A stretch of DNA of 64,000 bases from Chloropicon primus (Eukaryota). Location of the stretch: the NCBI GenBank assembly GCA_023205875.1, contig CP060755.1, positions 868,001 through 932,000 on the forward strand, given 5' to 3'. Of this stretch, positions 1 through 12,098 are shown piece after piece; the stretch's first letter is position 1, and each line of letters begins with the position of its first letter. Under the pieces are notes generated by a model. That model was not told the DNA's origin. It did not search any database and saw only the letters and a program-made list of their open reading frames with translations. The position numbers and the translations under genes are program-made.

Positions 1-190
1 ATCGTTGGCATGGATGGGGATAGAGGCGAGGAGAGAAGAATTCTTCTTGCTGATTGGGGTCGCTGCTCGAGGAGAAGGACTAAGCCCTTGAGATCACGAC
101 AGCGCCTTTGGCATTGCAACACAATTTACGATTTTAGTTATATACAGAGATGATGTACAAAGTCGGAGGAACAAAACTGCCCGGCCGGCA

Positions 191-1558
191 CTAGGATGAG
201 ACCAGTTCGAGCTTGGAGATGACCCTTCCTGAGAACAAGTGGTGCGGCATTTCATTCCCGATCAGTCCACCCATCTCCTTCTCGAACTTGAGCTTTTGAA
301 GCTTGAGTGCGCTCTTGTTCTTCTTCGTCAGCGGAATGTTTTCAAGCATCGGTGAGTGCTCCTTCATTTCGCTGTAGCGTTTCAGCAGAGCATCGTGCTT
401 TGCTCTCAAGGTGTTCTTGCTAGCCTTCTCCTCCTCGAAGTCCTTGCGCAGGTTCTTCAGCTCCTCCCTAAGGTTCGCGTTCTCCATCTCCATCTCCGTC
501 AGCCGGAGCTTGTTCCTGTTGTAGTTGTCCATGAGGCAGCCGTAGTTCGTCGTCAACGTCTTCTCGTTTGCCGTCAGCATCTCAAAGTTGTGCCTAAGCT
601 TCTCGAACTCGTCCGTGGTGCTCTCCAGCATGTCGGTGGTGTTTCTCAGGTTCCCGAGCAAGTCGGCCTTCTCTTCCTTGAGGACGTGAATCTCAAGCGT
701 CTTCTCGCTCAGCTCATCCGTCTTGAGCTCGATCTCCTTATCGGCCGAGCGCACGGCCTCCTCCCACCTCCCCGCGTTGTTCTTCTGGCTCTCCACCTCC
801 CTTTTCAGCTCGGACATCTTCTTCACGAGCTTGCTCTTCCTGGACTTGTACAGGCCGTTCTCGTACAAAAGTTCGATGTTCTTCTGCTCCAAAGGCTTGA
901 GCTTCTCCAACGCCGAGACGGCGTCCCTCTCCAGCATGACCCTGGACATCTTGTCCGTCATCCGCAGCCTCTTCATGTCGTTGTCCTTCTTTCTCATCTT
1001 TTGGATCAGGGCGAGGTTCTTGCTCACGATGTTCCAACCCGTCTGACTCTTCTTGAACTCGGCCTGCATCTTGTCCTTGAGGCCCGCGAGCTCGCCACGG
1101 ACTTCGGATATGGTCTGGTCCCTCGCCTTGAGCTGCTTTGTCAAGTTGGCGTTCTTCTCCTTGGCGCCGTTCAGCTTGCGCTGGAGTTGCGTGCTCAAGT
1201 CCTTCACGCGCTCGCTCTCCCGGTTCTTCTCCACCTCCACCCCCTTCCTCCTCTCCTCTTCCCTGTACACCGCACGGAGAAGCTCCCTGTTCCGCGTCCT
1301 CAGTTCGAACAGGAGGGCGCTGTCCGTGCCCATGTCCTCCCCGTCCCCCGTGTACTCCACCGCTGTGTCTTGGCCCATCATCTTGGAGTCCATGTACAAG
1401 TTGGACGCCGACTTCTCGTAGTCCACCCCCCTTCCCGGACCCGAGTCTTCGAACACCGCCCTTCCTCCCTTCTTGTCCGCCCTTGGGCTCTGCAGGTGGT
1501 CCTGGCTGTCCCCTTCCGGTGGCCACACCGCCACCGGGATGTAATTGATGTCCCCCAT
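191..1558 (-). CDS. Long coiled-coil protein of unknown function
   Basis: About 455 aa E/K/L-rich heptad ORF with host-like codon usage; first ATG (MGDINY) at 1558. Confidence 0.7.
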   Translation of the reverse strand: MGDINYIPVAVWPPEGDSQDHLQSPRADKKGGRAVFEDSGPGRGVDYEKSASNLYMDSKMMGQDTAVEYTGDGEDMGTDSALLFELRTRNRELLRAVYREEERRKGVEVEKNRESERVKDLSTQLQRKLNGAKEKNANLTKQLKARDQTISEVRGELAGLKDKMQAEFKKSQTGWNIVSKNLALIQKMRKKDNDMKRLRMTDKMSRVMLERDAVSALEKLKPLEQKNIELLYENGLYKSRKSKLVKKMSELKREVESQKNNAGRWEEAVRSADKEIELKTDELSEKTLEIHVLKEEKADLLGNLRNTTDMLESTTDEFEKLRHNFEMLTANEKTLTTNYGCLMDNYNRNKLRLTEMEMENANLREELKNLRKDFEEEKASKNTLRAKHDALLKRYSEMKEHSPMLENIPLTKKNKSALKLQKLKFEKEMGGLIGNEMPHHLFSGRVISKLELVSS

Positions 1559-2136
1559 CGTACCTTTCCTCTCTGCCTCCCTCTCTCTCTCCGGAGACAA
1601 CAACAACGACGACGACGACGATGACGAAAGGAGCCTGCAGCCTCCAGCTTCTTCAGCTTGACCCCTCTGCTTTGCTCACAACGGCTTTTCGTGAATGAAC
1701 CCAGTTTTCCTTGGCAAGGGAAGCAGACCCCTGGGGGGAGAGACGGGAGACGAGAGACGAACAAGGCAGAGGGAGCAAGACGCTCGCTTGGGGTTCATTC
1801 CCTTATTCAACAACAACAGAACACCTCCTCCCCATCACGAAGAAGAGAAGAAGAGAAGAAGAGAAGAAGAGAAGGACATCAAGGAGAAGAGAAGAAGGAG
1901 AAGAGAAGGAAGAAGAAGGAAGAATCTTGGAGAAGTAGAAGTTCTTCTCTTCACTCGCAGGAAAGGAAAAGGAAACCCTCTTCCTCTTCCTCTTCCTCCC
2001 CTCTCTCTCTTTTCCTTTCTGCCCGATTAATGGTGCCACCGTGTCTGCCAGAGGAGCGGAAGGAGCCGATCGATCGATCGGAGGGTGGGTCGAGTGGTAG
2101 TGTTTGGTTGAGTAGCAGGACGAGTACGAGGAGGAG

Positions 2137-4257
2137 ATGGCGGGAGGGACGTTCACGCACTTCCTGCTGCAGAGGTTGCAGAAGGAGCTCAAGGTGGACA
2201 AACTCAGCCGGAAGCAGAAAGGCCTCGTGTTGAGCGTCTTGGTGCTGGGCGTCGGTTCAGGATCTCTGGCGGTGAAGAGAGTAGTGAAGAGAGTGAGGAA
2301 GGAGCAGAAGGAGATATGGACGGTGGTGACGCAGAGCTCCGGCAAGGGCGGAGGGGCCAAGGAGGGGGCCAAGGGGAGCGGAAAGGGAAAGAAGAGGGTC
2401 GCGGTGGACGGTGTCTTCCTGGAGAGGCTGGGGAAGATCCTCAAGGTGTGCGTCCCTTCGTTCTTTTCCAAGGAGATGCTCCTGGTGCTCACCCAGGGAG
2501 GGCTTCTCGTCACCAGGTCCCTGCTCACGGACCTCATCGCGGAGCAGGAGGGGGCGTGCGGCTCGGCCCTCATCAACGGGAGAACGGACTCCTTTTTGGT
2601 CCACATGATGAAGTTCTCCCTCGTCGCCGTCCCGGCCTCAGTGGTGAACAGCGGCCTGAAGATGTTCCAAAAGTTCATCGAGGTCAGGTTCAGGGAGAGA
2701 CTCGGGGTGTACCTCCACGGCAAGTACCTCAAGGACCGGTGCTACTACCAGGCGTCCACGCAGGTGGACTTGCCGAACATCGATCAGAGGCTCACGGAAG
2801 ACGTGGAGAACTTTGCCAACTCCATCAGCGAGCTCTACAACCACACCCTCAAGCCGTTCTTGGACGTGGTCCTCTTCACCAGGTCCTTGTCGAGGGTGAT
2901 GGGCTACAAGACCCAGGGAATGCTGTACTCGTACTTCTTCGTGGTTGCGCTGACCCTCAAGTCCATCAGTCCTCCGTTGTCCCTGATGCACGCCCAGGAA
3001 TCCGGCTTGTCGGGTAACTTGAGAGGGGCGCACCACAGGCTGGTGAGCAAGACCGAGGAGGTGGCGTACAACGACCCACCCGCTGCGATGACTGAGCAGC
3101 TGCTGTTGAACAAGCACTTGAGGTCCCTGCTGAGGTACTCCTCCATGACTTCTGTCCAGAAGTTTTTGCAGCAGATCGCCGACCAGTACCTCGTCAAGTA
3201 CGGCGCGAGCGTGGTTGCCCTCTCTGTCTATGCCATAGGCACGCTGGGTTGGGCCAAGGAGGTCTCCGGGATTACGGCGGATGGCACCTCGACGAGGGCG
3301 AAGGACTACATCAGGAGCATGAGGCTCCTTCAGAACACCAGCAAGAGTGTCGGTGACTTGATCCTTGTCTACAAGAGGATTGCCAAGCTCGCCGGGCACA
3401 CCAGCAGGGTGGCCGAGCTCCTTGAGGAGATCGACAAGATGCAAGACCCCAAGAGCAGGGAGGTGAACTTCTACGGGGCCAAGGGCATGCCTGAGGTGTG
3501 CCTTGAGCCCAACAGGGTGGCTCAGGTGAAAATTCTGAAGCCAAGGGAGCCTCAGACTATGGTCTTTGATGGGGTGACCATCTGTGCGCCAGACGGTCAG
3601 GTTTTGGTGAAGGACTTGAGCATGCAGCTGGGGGACAAGAAGGACTCCATGCTGATCACGGGACCGAACGGATCCGGGAAGTCCAGTCTTGTCAGGGTTA
3701 TTGCAGGCTTGTGGCCTCTTGCGAAGGGAACTATTGCGAGACCGAGCAACGACAAGATGTTCTTCCTGAGCCAGCGGCCGTACCTGGTCACTGGCTCCCT
3801 CAGAGACCAGCTCCTTTACCCTCACCCATCTCAGAAACTGATTTCGAGCTCGAGCAGGCACGACGCGGCCATTGCGAGGAGCGCGTCCAAGAACAGGCCC
3901 TTCCTGAGGGACAGAGACCTCAAGGACGCCCTCGGCAAGGTAGAGCTCGACTACCTGCTGGAGCGCTATTCGCTCGACACCATAGTGAACTGGGAAGAAA
4001 CTCTTAGTGGGGGAGAGAAGCAAAGGGTTGCGATGGCTCGTTTGTTGTGTCACAAGCCAAAGTTCGCCGTCCTCGATGAGTGCACGAGTGCAGTGAGTGC
4101 CGACGGCGAGGAGAAGCTCTATCAGATTCTCGTGGATTCTGGAATCAGCTTCCTGTCCATTGCCCACAGACCTGGTGTGAGGAAGTACCATGCGAGGAGG
4201 CTTGAGTTCGACGGGAGCTTACAGGGAGCAGGTTGGAAGGTTTCTAACGATCTTTAA
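2137..4257 (+). CDS. Peroxisomal ABC transporter, ABCD family half-transporter
   Basis: NIDQRLTEDV motif in the membrane domain, Walker A GPNGSGKS, signature LSGGEKQR, Walker B VLDECTSAVS. Confidence 0.93.
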   Translation: MAGGTFTHFLLQRLQKELKVDKLSRKQKGLVLSVLVLGVGSGSLAVKRVVKRVRKEQKEIWTVVTQSSGKGGGAKEGAKGSGKGKKRVAVDGVFLERLGKILKVCVPSFFSKEMLLVLTQGGLLVTRSLLTDLIAEQEGACGSALINGRTDSFLVHMMKFSLVAVPASVVNSGLKMFQKFIEVRFRERLGVYLHGKYLKDRCYYQASTQVDLPNIDQRLTEDVENFANSISELYNHTLKPFLDVVLFTRSLSRVMGYKTQGMLYSYFFVVALTLKSISPPLSLMHAQESGLSGNLRGAHHRLVSKTEEVAYNDPPAAMTEQLLLNKHLRSLLRYSSMTSVQKFLQQIADQYLVKYGASVVALSVYAIGTLGWAKEVSGITADGTSTRAKDYIRSMRLLQNTSKSVGDLILVYKRIAKLAGHTSRVAELLEEIDKMQDPKSREVNFYGAKGMPEVCLEPNRVAQVKILKPREPQTMVFDGVTICAPDGQVLVKDLSMQLGDKKDSMLITGPNGSGKSSLVRVIAGLWPLAKGTIARPSNDKMFFLSQRPYLVTGSLRDQLLYPHPSQKLISSSSRHDAAIARSASKNRPFLRDRDLKDALGKVELDYLLERYSLDTIVNWEETLSGGEKQRVAMARLLCHKPKFAVLDECTSAVSADGEEKLYQILVDSGISFLSIAHRPGVRKYHARRLEFDGSLQGAGWKVSNDL

Positions 4258-4528
4258 GTTGTGCTTGGTTGTAAATACTTTTATGAATTGCATACCACTC
4301 CCCCCCCTCCCCGCCCTGGAAAGGAAAAATTCAGACGACAATCAAACATGGCGAGGGGACCACCAAAGCACAGGCTATGCGTCGACGAGTTGCGGACACG
4401 GTCTCACCTGCGATGACCCGCAGTCAGAAAGCAGTAGCCTTGGATCCTTGTCCACGCCTCAAGTAACCAAAGGCGGCAACTTTGTCTCGTTCTTTCGCAG
4501 CCCTCCTTGTCCTTGGACAGAAAGTGAA

Positions 4529-5766
4529 ATGGAGGCCCAGGTGCATCCCATCGGTGCTTCCTTGGACTTGTCTACCAAGTATGAGGCCGTGAGGTCGCGC
4601 TGCAACCATTCGGAAGCGCAGCCTCGATCGAAAGGACAGCACGAGACTGGCAAATCTGGGATAGAAAAGGCGGCAGAGCTCGTGCTGAGCTACAGGCACA
4701 ACCTGGAGAATGGGGTCAAGCAGTTCATGCAGCTCAACAGGTAAGGCCCATGGGGAGGAGCGCGCACGTTAACAACCGTCGATTCAACGTTTTCTGACAC
4801 ACCTCCTCTCTTTCGTGCTCCGAGACCAGTCAGCTGCAGAAGTTGCTTGAAGCGGAAGCAGGATCAGCCAAAAGGTCTGGTGGGAACGCCAGCCGGAAAC
4901 TGGTCTTTCCGGAACAGGGAGGCGAAAGCAACGAGGATCCCGGGGATGAGAAGCACGCAGTCATGAAGGAAACGCTCGCCCATATCGAAAACAACTTCAA
5001 GAAGGACTTGCAACAGCTAAAGAGCCTTGTGTCTTACATCAAGGAGGTCGAAGTCAAGACCCAGATGCGAGCCCACTTGAAGCAAAACATCCAGAGTATG
5101 TGCGTAGTTTACCTCAACCACTACAACTCGATTTGGAGGGAGGTGCTGGATATGCCTGACGAGGGATCCGATGTAGCAAGGCCACCCGCCTCCCAGCCGG
5201 ACTCCGTCGCGGAGGCCATACTGCAGATGTACTTTCACTTGGAAAGGTGTGAGCAATGCGTCGACGGATCGGAGAGGTACATGGAGAAGCTCCCAGATCT
5301 CGTGAACGAGTGTCAGACGGCGAGGTCGTACGTGTTCCAGTGCTTGGACATCGCCTTGAAAAGCAAAGAGGTGGAAGGGGAAGGGGGGCTTGGGCGCTAC
5401 AATCCTACGGCCAAGGACAGGGTCTACGCCAGGAGAAATCATGCCGGGAGCTTCAAGGACGAGTTCATTCTGGAGCACCTCTACCAGGAGAATTTCTTCC
5501 AGTTCGTCACCGAACTGAAGACCCAAATTGTCAAGGACTTCAACGCCATCCAGTCCTTTACGAAGGACCACAAGCACCGCCTGCTGTACAAGCACGACTG
5601 CCTCCAAGTGATCAGCAACACGCTGGAGGAGCTTGTTCCGCCTTTCCTGGACTTTCTCACCGGAAAGCAGCAGTTCCTCTCGGGAAAACGTCGGACAATC
5701 ATGAACCAGGTCGCCAACGCCTTGTACTACTCGCCCTCAAAGCCACAATCTCATCGCTACCAATGA
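4529..5766 (+). CDS. Hypothetical helical protein, 2 exons (intron 4741-4829); start uncertain
   Basis: GTAAGG donor at 4741 and CCAG acceptor at 4829 join ORFs 4190..4744 and 4843..5766 in frame. Confidence 0.6.
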
Positions 5767-6302
5767 TGGCAAGAAGACTGGCACTCGCACCAGAGGAAAG
5801 GGACAAAGAGACCCTCCACTTGAGCCACTGTAAAGTACAATTTAAAGCTCTGCCATTTATAATGAGGCCCCAAGGAAGACGCCACACCCAGGGTCTCTGC
5901 ATCAAACAGGAACCCCCACGCACCCTTGCTCCCAAGGTGAGAGGAGAGACACATCTCTCTCGATGCACACACACTCACACACACACACTAACGATAGAGA
6001 CTCCCCGCCCTCAAAAAAAAAAGAAAAAAAAAGGAGTCACGTCTTTCACCTTGGAGCAGAATAGTGAACAAACCAAACCAAACCAAATCAAGGCAAGGCA
6101 AGACCACATCCGCAGACCAACCTCCTTCGTCGTCGTTCGTCGTCCTCGTCGTCCGTCCATTGTGTTTCCCTCCTGTATCCCTTTTTTGGGTGTATTTTTA
6201 CTTTACACCCCGACAATGGATTCAAATTCGTCGAGCCGTTGAGGCCCTGAGAAGGAGAGCGTTCTCTCGAGGCGAGCGAAGAGAAGGAAGAGGAAGGGCA
6301 CG

Positions 6303-7378
6303 ATGGAGGTGGCTAACGCTGACGGTTTCGTGTTCAAGAGGCGAAGGAAGGAGGAGACGAGCACCTCCACACACCCTGCGAGACAGAAGGCGCCTCGTGT
6401 GGAGGAAACATACCACCAAAACCAAAACAACAAGTATCATGGACCCAGCGTGCAGGAACAGGAACATGTTGTGGAAGACGTCCACCAGGTAAGAGCGAAG
6501 GCGGAGAGGGCAAGAGACGTGGAGGAAAGGGGTATCCCTCTGTCTCTGTCTCTATCCCGACCGCGCGCAAGTTTCTTTATCTCTTCTTTTCTTGCCTTCT
6601 AAACGTGAGCATTGCTTTTTTTGTTCTCTCTCTCTCTTCTTTCTTTCAGGTGAATGTTGGCTACGGCAACAACAACGCGAAGGACAAGAGCAGAAGGAGG
6701 ACGAGTTCTTTCATTCAGGAGGAAACGCGCTTCCCTCCGTACCCTGTGGGTGGAGCGATCATCCTTCCAGCGGACGGAGAGGACGAGTCCCTTGACGAGG
6801 GAGAGAAACTGGTGAAGCTTTGCCACGAAATCACGTCCACGGAATGCAGGAACGTGTCGAGGACTTTCGTGGGCAAGACGGAGGAGGTCTCCCACCTCAT
6901 CTACAACGCCCTAGGGTTGTTCGAGGAGAAGGTCAAAGCCCTCGTGCAAGACGGCAGCATAAAGTTCCTGTCGAAGGAGTCCAGGGAGCTGAGCACGAAG
7001 AAGCAGACTATGCAGAGGCTGGTGGAGTCCTTAGAGTCTGAACTCAAGTCTTGGTCTGAGATCAAGGACAAGGAGGCTGAGGAGGAGGTCGTCGTGGAGC
7101 GCTCCTACGCCGAGGAGGAAGAGGAAGGAAGGAAGAGGGTGAGGGGCGAAAGCGTGGAAGGCAAGCTCGTGAGCGCCTACAGCAACACTCTCAACAAGCT
7201 CGACATCAAGGTCAGCAACCTTTGCGGGCTGGTCAAGTCGGTGGAGTCCCTTTGTGGCCAAACGGAAAAGTACACGAAAGATCTTCAGACAAAGTATCAC
7301 AAGCAGACCTTCAACCCTTTGCCGCACGTGAACTCCCCGGCAAACCTGATCAAGTCTCTTTTGAAGCCTACAGTTTAA
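6303..7378 (+). CDS. Candidate kinetochore MIS12-complex subunit Dsn1/Mis13-like, 2 exons (intron 6489-6649)
   Basis: N-terminal DGFVFKRR motif, basic RRRTSS motif, C-terminal coiled coil; in-frame GT-AG intron. Confidence 0.5.
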
Positions 7379-7450
7379 GAGGAATAACCTTAAGAGAACT
7401 TTTTGATACACTACATTACAAACTTGTGAATCTGTACGTTTGGGCGCGGC

Positions 7451-8605
7451 CTAAGAAGAGACGCGAGCACTGGTGCTGAAGACCTGGAGGGCATTGGCGT
7501 CGATTTCTTCCTCGCTGCTTATGTTTGGCACGTTCGCGGGGGTCTGGATCGCGGCACAAGCGACCGCGATGCCATACGAAACCGCGTACTCCAGTGACCT
7601 CTTGCCGCTGCCTACCAGCGCCTTGAGAACTCCGGCCACCAGGCAGTCCCCTGCACCGTTCACGTTGACTATTGGGACCTTGAGCGACGGGAGGACCCGC
7701 GTCTCGCCGTCCCTCGAGCTCGAGTAGACCCCGGCCTCGCCCCTGGTCACGAGGATGTTCTGGACACCACGGGACTTCAAAAATGCGACATCCGCGGCTA
7801 CTTCGTGGCTCACGAAACTTCGCCGAGATTCGCCAGCCGCCGCCGCGACTGCTTTCAACTCCGCCTCGTTTGGGGAAAAGTAACTTACGTCCGAGAGAAA
7901 GGGCACGACTCTCAGCGACTTGGTCACCGATACAGGTTCAAAGAAGACCGGAACTTTGGCCTCGCGAGCTATTGAGAAGCACGTGTGCAGGGACTCGTGA
8001 GTCAAATTTGCCTCTAGAACGAGGAGGTCCGCGAGCTTGATGTCCTCCCTGAACCTCATTATCCACTCCCCTCTCAGCTCGCTCTCCACGAGTGCAGTGT
8101 CCGCCACGCCTGAAGTAAGGTTTCCGCTCCCATCGAAGCTGCATGCGACCGTTGGGGTTGTGCGGCCTTGGCACACTTTCACGCCCTTCGTTGACACTCC
8201 AAGAGACTCCAGAGCCCCGAGTATTTCCCGCCCTGCGGCGTCACCCCCCACCGCGCTCACGAAAAGCGGCTTCTCCCCCAGCCTCCCCAGGCATTCAACT
8301 ATGTTCCTCCCCACTCCCCCGTGCTGGAACTTCACCTTTCCTGGCACAGTCGATCCCGGTACTACCTTGTCGCATGTCAGGTGCACATCCAGCACACTCC
8401 CTCCCACGACAACAACCGAGCCAACTCGGTCGTGCCGCGGTCTCCCCACCACCCGAACACCGCTTCCAGCTGTGCTACTCGTCGACGTGTCTCCCGAGGA
8501 ACGTTCGTCAGACGCGTCACGCACAACGAGTTTCTTCCCGACAACATGATTCGTTAGCCGAGTCACCCTTAGTCTCGCGTTGTTTTCCCTCGACGACCCG
8601 GCCAT
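7451..8605 (-). CDS. PfkB-family carbohydrate kinase, pseudouridine kinase-like
   Basis: GGVGRNIVECLGRLG, FEPVSVTKS, PNEAEL and VNGAGDC motifs; N-terminal PTS2-like nonapeptide. Confidence 0.85.
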   Translation of the reverse strand: MAGSSRENNARLRVTRLTNHVVGKKLVVRDASDERSSGDTSTSSTAGSGVRVVGRPRHDRVGSVVVVGGSVLDVHLTCDKVVPGSTVPGKVKFQHGGVGRNIVECLGRLGEKPLFVSAVGGDAAGREILGALESLGVSTKGVKVCQGRTTPTVACSFDGSGNLTSGVADTALVESELRGEWIMRFREDIKLADLLVLEANLTHESLHTCFSIAREAKVPVFFEPVSVTKSLRVVPFLSDVSYFSPNEAELKAVAAAAGESRRSFVSHEVAADVAFLKSRGVQNILVTRGEAGVYSSSRDGETRVLPSLKVPIVNVNGAGDCLVAGVLKALVGSGKRSLEYAVSYGIAVACAAIQTPANVPNISSEEEIDANALQVFSTSARVSS

Positions 8606-8882
8606 CTCATCCACACCACCAAGGCGTGGCCCCACCCCACTCCTTATCCCAGATGCCTCCGAACCAGGTGTTCAAACCCGACAAGCGACCCGTCGATGGA
8701 AAGATCGTGAGACGTAGATTCCCTCAGTTCCTCCCTCTCGCCGCCTCCCTCCCTCTCTCGCCCCCAATCGCCTCAATCAAAGCCCTGCCTCCCCCAAGGT
8801 GTCCTCCCCTGGATTGCGCAGATTTTGAGGCGAGGAAGAGGAGAGAAAAAGAAAACCTAGAGAAGGCGGCCATCAGGACAGG

Positions 8883-10845
8883 ATGGTGGTCCTAGCAGCG
8901 TCAGTGGTGACCAAGACGGGCAAGGGTAAGGAAGGGAGGGGACACGGACGGACGGAAAGTTTCTTTCTTCCGAGGTTTTCTTTTTCTTTTTTGTTTGGGG
9001 GGCATGGGGAACTGACTTTTTTTTTCTTTTTTCGGCTCCCTTCCTCGGGTTATTTTGATTTATCTCCCTCCCTTTGTCCTTTGGCTTCGTTAGCCCTGGT
9101 GTCTCGTCAGTTCGTGGACATGACGAGAATACGCATCGAGGGGCTCCTCGCGGCTTTTCCAAAGCTCGTGAACACGGGGAAGCAGCACACTTACGTGGAC
9201 ACCGAGAACGTTAGATATGTGTACCAGCCCATGGAGGTGAGTGACCTTGTCGTTTGTGTCTTGTGTTTTCCTCTTGCTTGAGAGGGAGGTGTGGGGGTGG
9301 CCCTCTGTTCAAGGGGCTTCTTTCTCACCTCCCCTGAAGCCGCCTGTCCTCGCACCCCGCGCTCGGAACGACGACGAGTAGGAGATCCCGCTTTCGTCAG
9401 AACCCACCCCTTCTCTGACACGAGTATTTTGTATGTTTCTTCCTGTTCTTTCTCCTGCGCGGCGCCAGACCTTGTACTTGGTGCTCGTGACCAACAAGCA
9501 GAGTAACATCTTGGAGGACTTGGAGACCATGAAGCTTCTTAGCCGTATCCTGAACGAGTATGAAATGGACGAGGAGTCTATCTCAGAGAACTGCTTTGAA
9601 ATCGTGTTTGCCTTTGACGAGGCCATCTCCTTTGGTCACAGGGAGCACATCAACATGCAGCAGATCAAGACGAACTTGGAGATGGAGTCTCACGAGGAGA
9701 AGCTGCACAAGATGATCATACAGTCCAAGATCAACGATACAAAGGACATCATGAAGAAGAAAGCCATGGAAATTGACAAGATCAAGCTTGAGAAGAAGTT
9801 GGAGAGCTCGAGGAACTCCATCAGTAGCATGGGCAGCGGCATGGGAAGCGGCATGGGCAGTGGCATGGGAAGCGGCATGGGTGGCGGCATGGGAGGTGGA
9901 ATGGGAGGTAGCTCCGCTCCTTCCTTTGGAGCTGAAGTGGGCTTCGGTGGAACTGGAATGTCTCAAACTTCGTCGTACGCTATGAAGAAGTCCTCAGGAG
10001 CTGGAAAGGGAATGAAATTGGGTAAAAAGAAGGCCTCACTCCTTGATTCTTTCAAGCAGGACACGGTCGTTCCTGAGCTTGAATCTCCAAAGGCTTCCGT
10101 TGTGGCACCAAGAGCGCCCGTGGATCCGGTGACCATCGACATCGAGGAGAAGATCAGCTGCACGATGCAGTCTGACGGCACCCTCGAAGGAATGGACATC
10201 CAAGGAAACATGAGTCTGGAGGTTCACACCGAGGAGAGCTCCTGCATCAGGGTCTTGGCGGAGCTCGGAAACAACCAGGGCATCCAGTTCAAGACTCATC
10301 CAAACATCGACAAGGCACTCTTCAACAAGAATTCCACTCTGGGTTTGAAGGATCCAAACAGGCCCTTCCCAACCGGAAGTGCTCTGGGAGTCTTGAAGTG
10401 GAGACTGAGCCCCAAGGATGAGAGCATGATGCCGCTGCAAATCAGCTGCTGGCCATCCGTGTCGGGATCTGACACCTACGTTAACATAGAGTACGAGGCC
10501 TCGGAGGCCTTTGATCTCCAGAACTTGCAGCTGGTGATCCCAATCCCAGGGAACGCGCCGCCCCAGATCAACTCTTGTGATGGCGACTACCAGCTCGACC
10601 CTAGGATTGGCTGCTTGATTTGGAGGAACGAGTTGGTGGACGACTCGAACAGGAGTGGCTCCATGGAGTTTGTTCTCTCAAACGTGGATCCGGAGGGCAT
10701 TTACCCCATCGAGGTCCAGTTCGCGTCCAATACTCTCTTCTGCCAGATCGGCGTGAACGGAGTGGTCAGCTGTGCGGATGAGCAACCCGTCCGGTACTCG
10801 GTATCGAGCAAGCTTCAGTCGGACAGCTACATCGTCGAAGCCTAA
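8883..10845 (+). CDS. ARCN1: Coatomer subunit delta, 3 exons (introns 8926-9093, 9237-9468)
   Basis: MVVLAAS...[34 protein letters not shown] and MESHEEKLH motifs; C-terminal mu-homology domain; both introns splice in frame. Confidence 0.95.
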
Positions 10846-11003
10846 ACCTAGCAAGCTCTTTGTAATGACACATTTCAAAGCCTTTTCTTCGGATCCTGCT
10901 GGCCCTTTCAGTACTGCCAGACCACAACCATTGCAGCAGCACGGCGTGCAGAGTCTTCTTCTTTGTATTACAGTTCGATTCAACTCACTTAAGCCACCTT
11001 GCC

Positions 11004-12098
11004 CTAGCAAATATCCTTCTTGCACACGGGGCAGCTCCTGTTGTTCCGCAACCACTTGTCCACACAGGTGCTGTGAAAGGAGTGCATGCACGGCAAAGTC
11101 CTCATCTCCTGCCCGTCCGAGTAATCGTCGAGGCAGATAGCACACGTGGTCTGGTCACTTGACGCACTGGCTTCGCCCTCGCGCGATCCGCCCGGGCTGC
11201 TGCGGGAGCCTTGTGATTCTCCCTTGAACGCCCGCACCGGCAGACTCCCGATCTGCTCCTCGCTCGCCCCCCTGTCGTGGTAGCCCATCCTCTCCTGGAG
11301 CTCCAGAAGCTCCTCGTAGCTCATCTCCTGGCCGAACTGCAAGTCGTTCAGGAACTGTTGCAGCGGGTGGTTTGCCCTCCTCCCCCTCCCGCCGATGGGC
11401 ATAGGCACCAGGGCGGGAGCACCGCCGCTCCTCGAGGACACGAGCCTCACCCGAATCCCGTTCCCGAACCCCGGAAGGATAATCTCGTTCACCCTCCTCG
11501 TGGTCGTCGTTGCTGCGTTCCCCTGCTGCGCCCGGGCTGGCACGGCGAACCCACCGAGCTGGTGGAGGAGCGCACCCAAAACCTCGTTGCTCGTGGAAGT
11601 TTGGCCGGCCCTTCCCAGCCCTCGCGCCCGAGCCTCCTCCTCCGCTTGGAGACGCCTTGCGAAGGCCTCGTCCCTTTCGATTTGAGATCCACCGAGCAGG
11701 GTCTGGGCCCCGGTCACCAGCGCGTTTACCAAAGCTCCCGCCGTGTTGAAGGCAAGGCGACCGGCAGCGGCCGCCAACGTCTGACCACCGTGCTGCACCT
11801 CCTCTGAAACCTCCTCTGAGTCCTCCGATCCATCGCCATCCACAACAACTAAGTCATCGTCATCGTCAACGTCAACGTCAACGTCAACCTCCTCCTCCCT
11901 GTTGAGCTCCTCGTGCAACCGCCTGGCGAAGGCCTCATCCCCGCTCGTGTCCACCGCGTCGGCGTCGTGTTGCGCGGGACCAGAACCCGGTGCAGACCTC
12001 GGTGATGCGCTTGGAGACCCCTCGCTCTGACCACTCCAGTGCGCATGACGCTGCCTCCTGAGCTCCTCCAGCTGTCTGTCTTGATCATCGACCGCCAT
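11004..12098 (-). CDS. RING-H2 E3 ubiquitin ligase with UIM-like motifs
   Basis: C-terminal CAICLDDY...LPCMHSFHSTCVDKWL...CPVC; MSYEELLELQERMG; two DEAFARRL motifs. Confidence 0.9.
   Translation of the reverse strand: MAVDDQDRQLEELRRQRHAHWSGQSEGSPSASPRSAPGSGPAQHDADAVDTSGDEAFARRLHEELNREEEVDVDVDVDDDDDLVVVDGDGSEDSEEVSEEVQHGGQTLAAAAGRLAFNTAGALVNALVTGAQTLLGGSQIERDEAFARRLQAEEEARARGLGRAGQTSTSNEVLGALLHQLGGFAVPARAQQGNAATTTTRRVNEIILPGFGNGIRVRLVSSRSGGAPALVPMPIGGRGRRANHPLQQFLNDLQFGQEMSYEELLELQERMGYHDRGASEEQIGSLPVRAFKGESQGSRSSPGGSREGEASASSDQTTCAICLDDYSDGQEMRTLPCMHSFHSTCVDKWLRNNRSCPVCKKDIC

Noticed and set aside
9826..9910. GSGM/GGGM repeats in delta-COP
   Set aside because: Ordinary low-complexity linker
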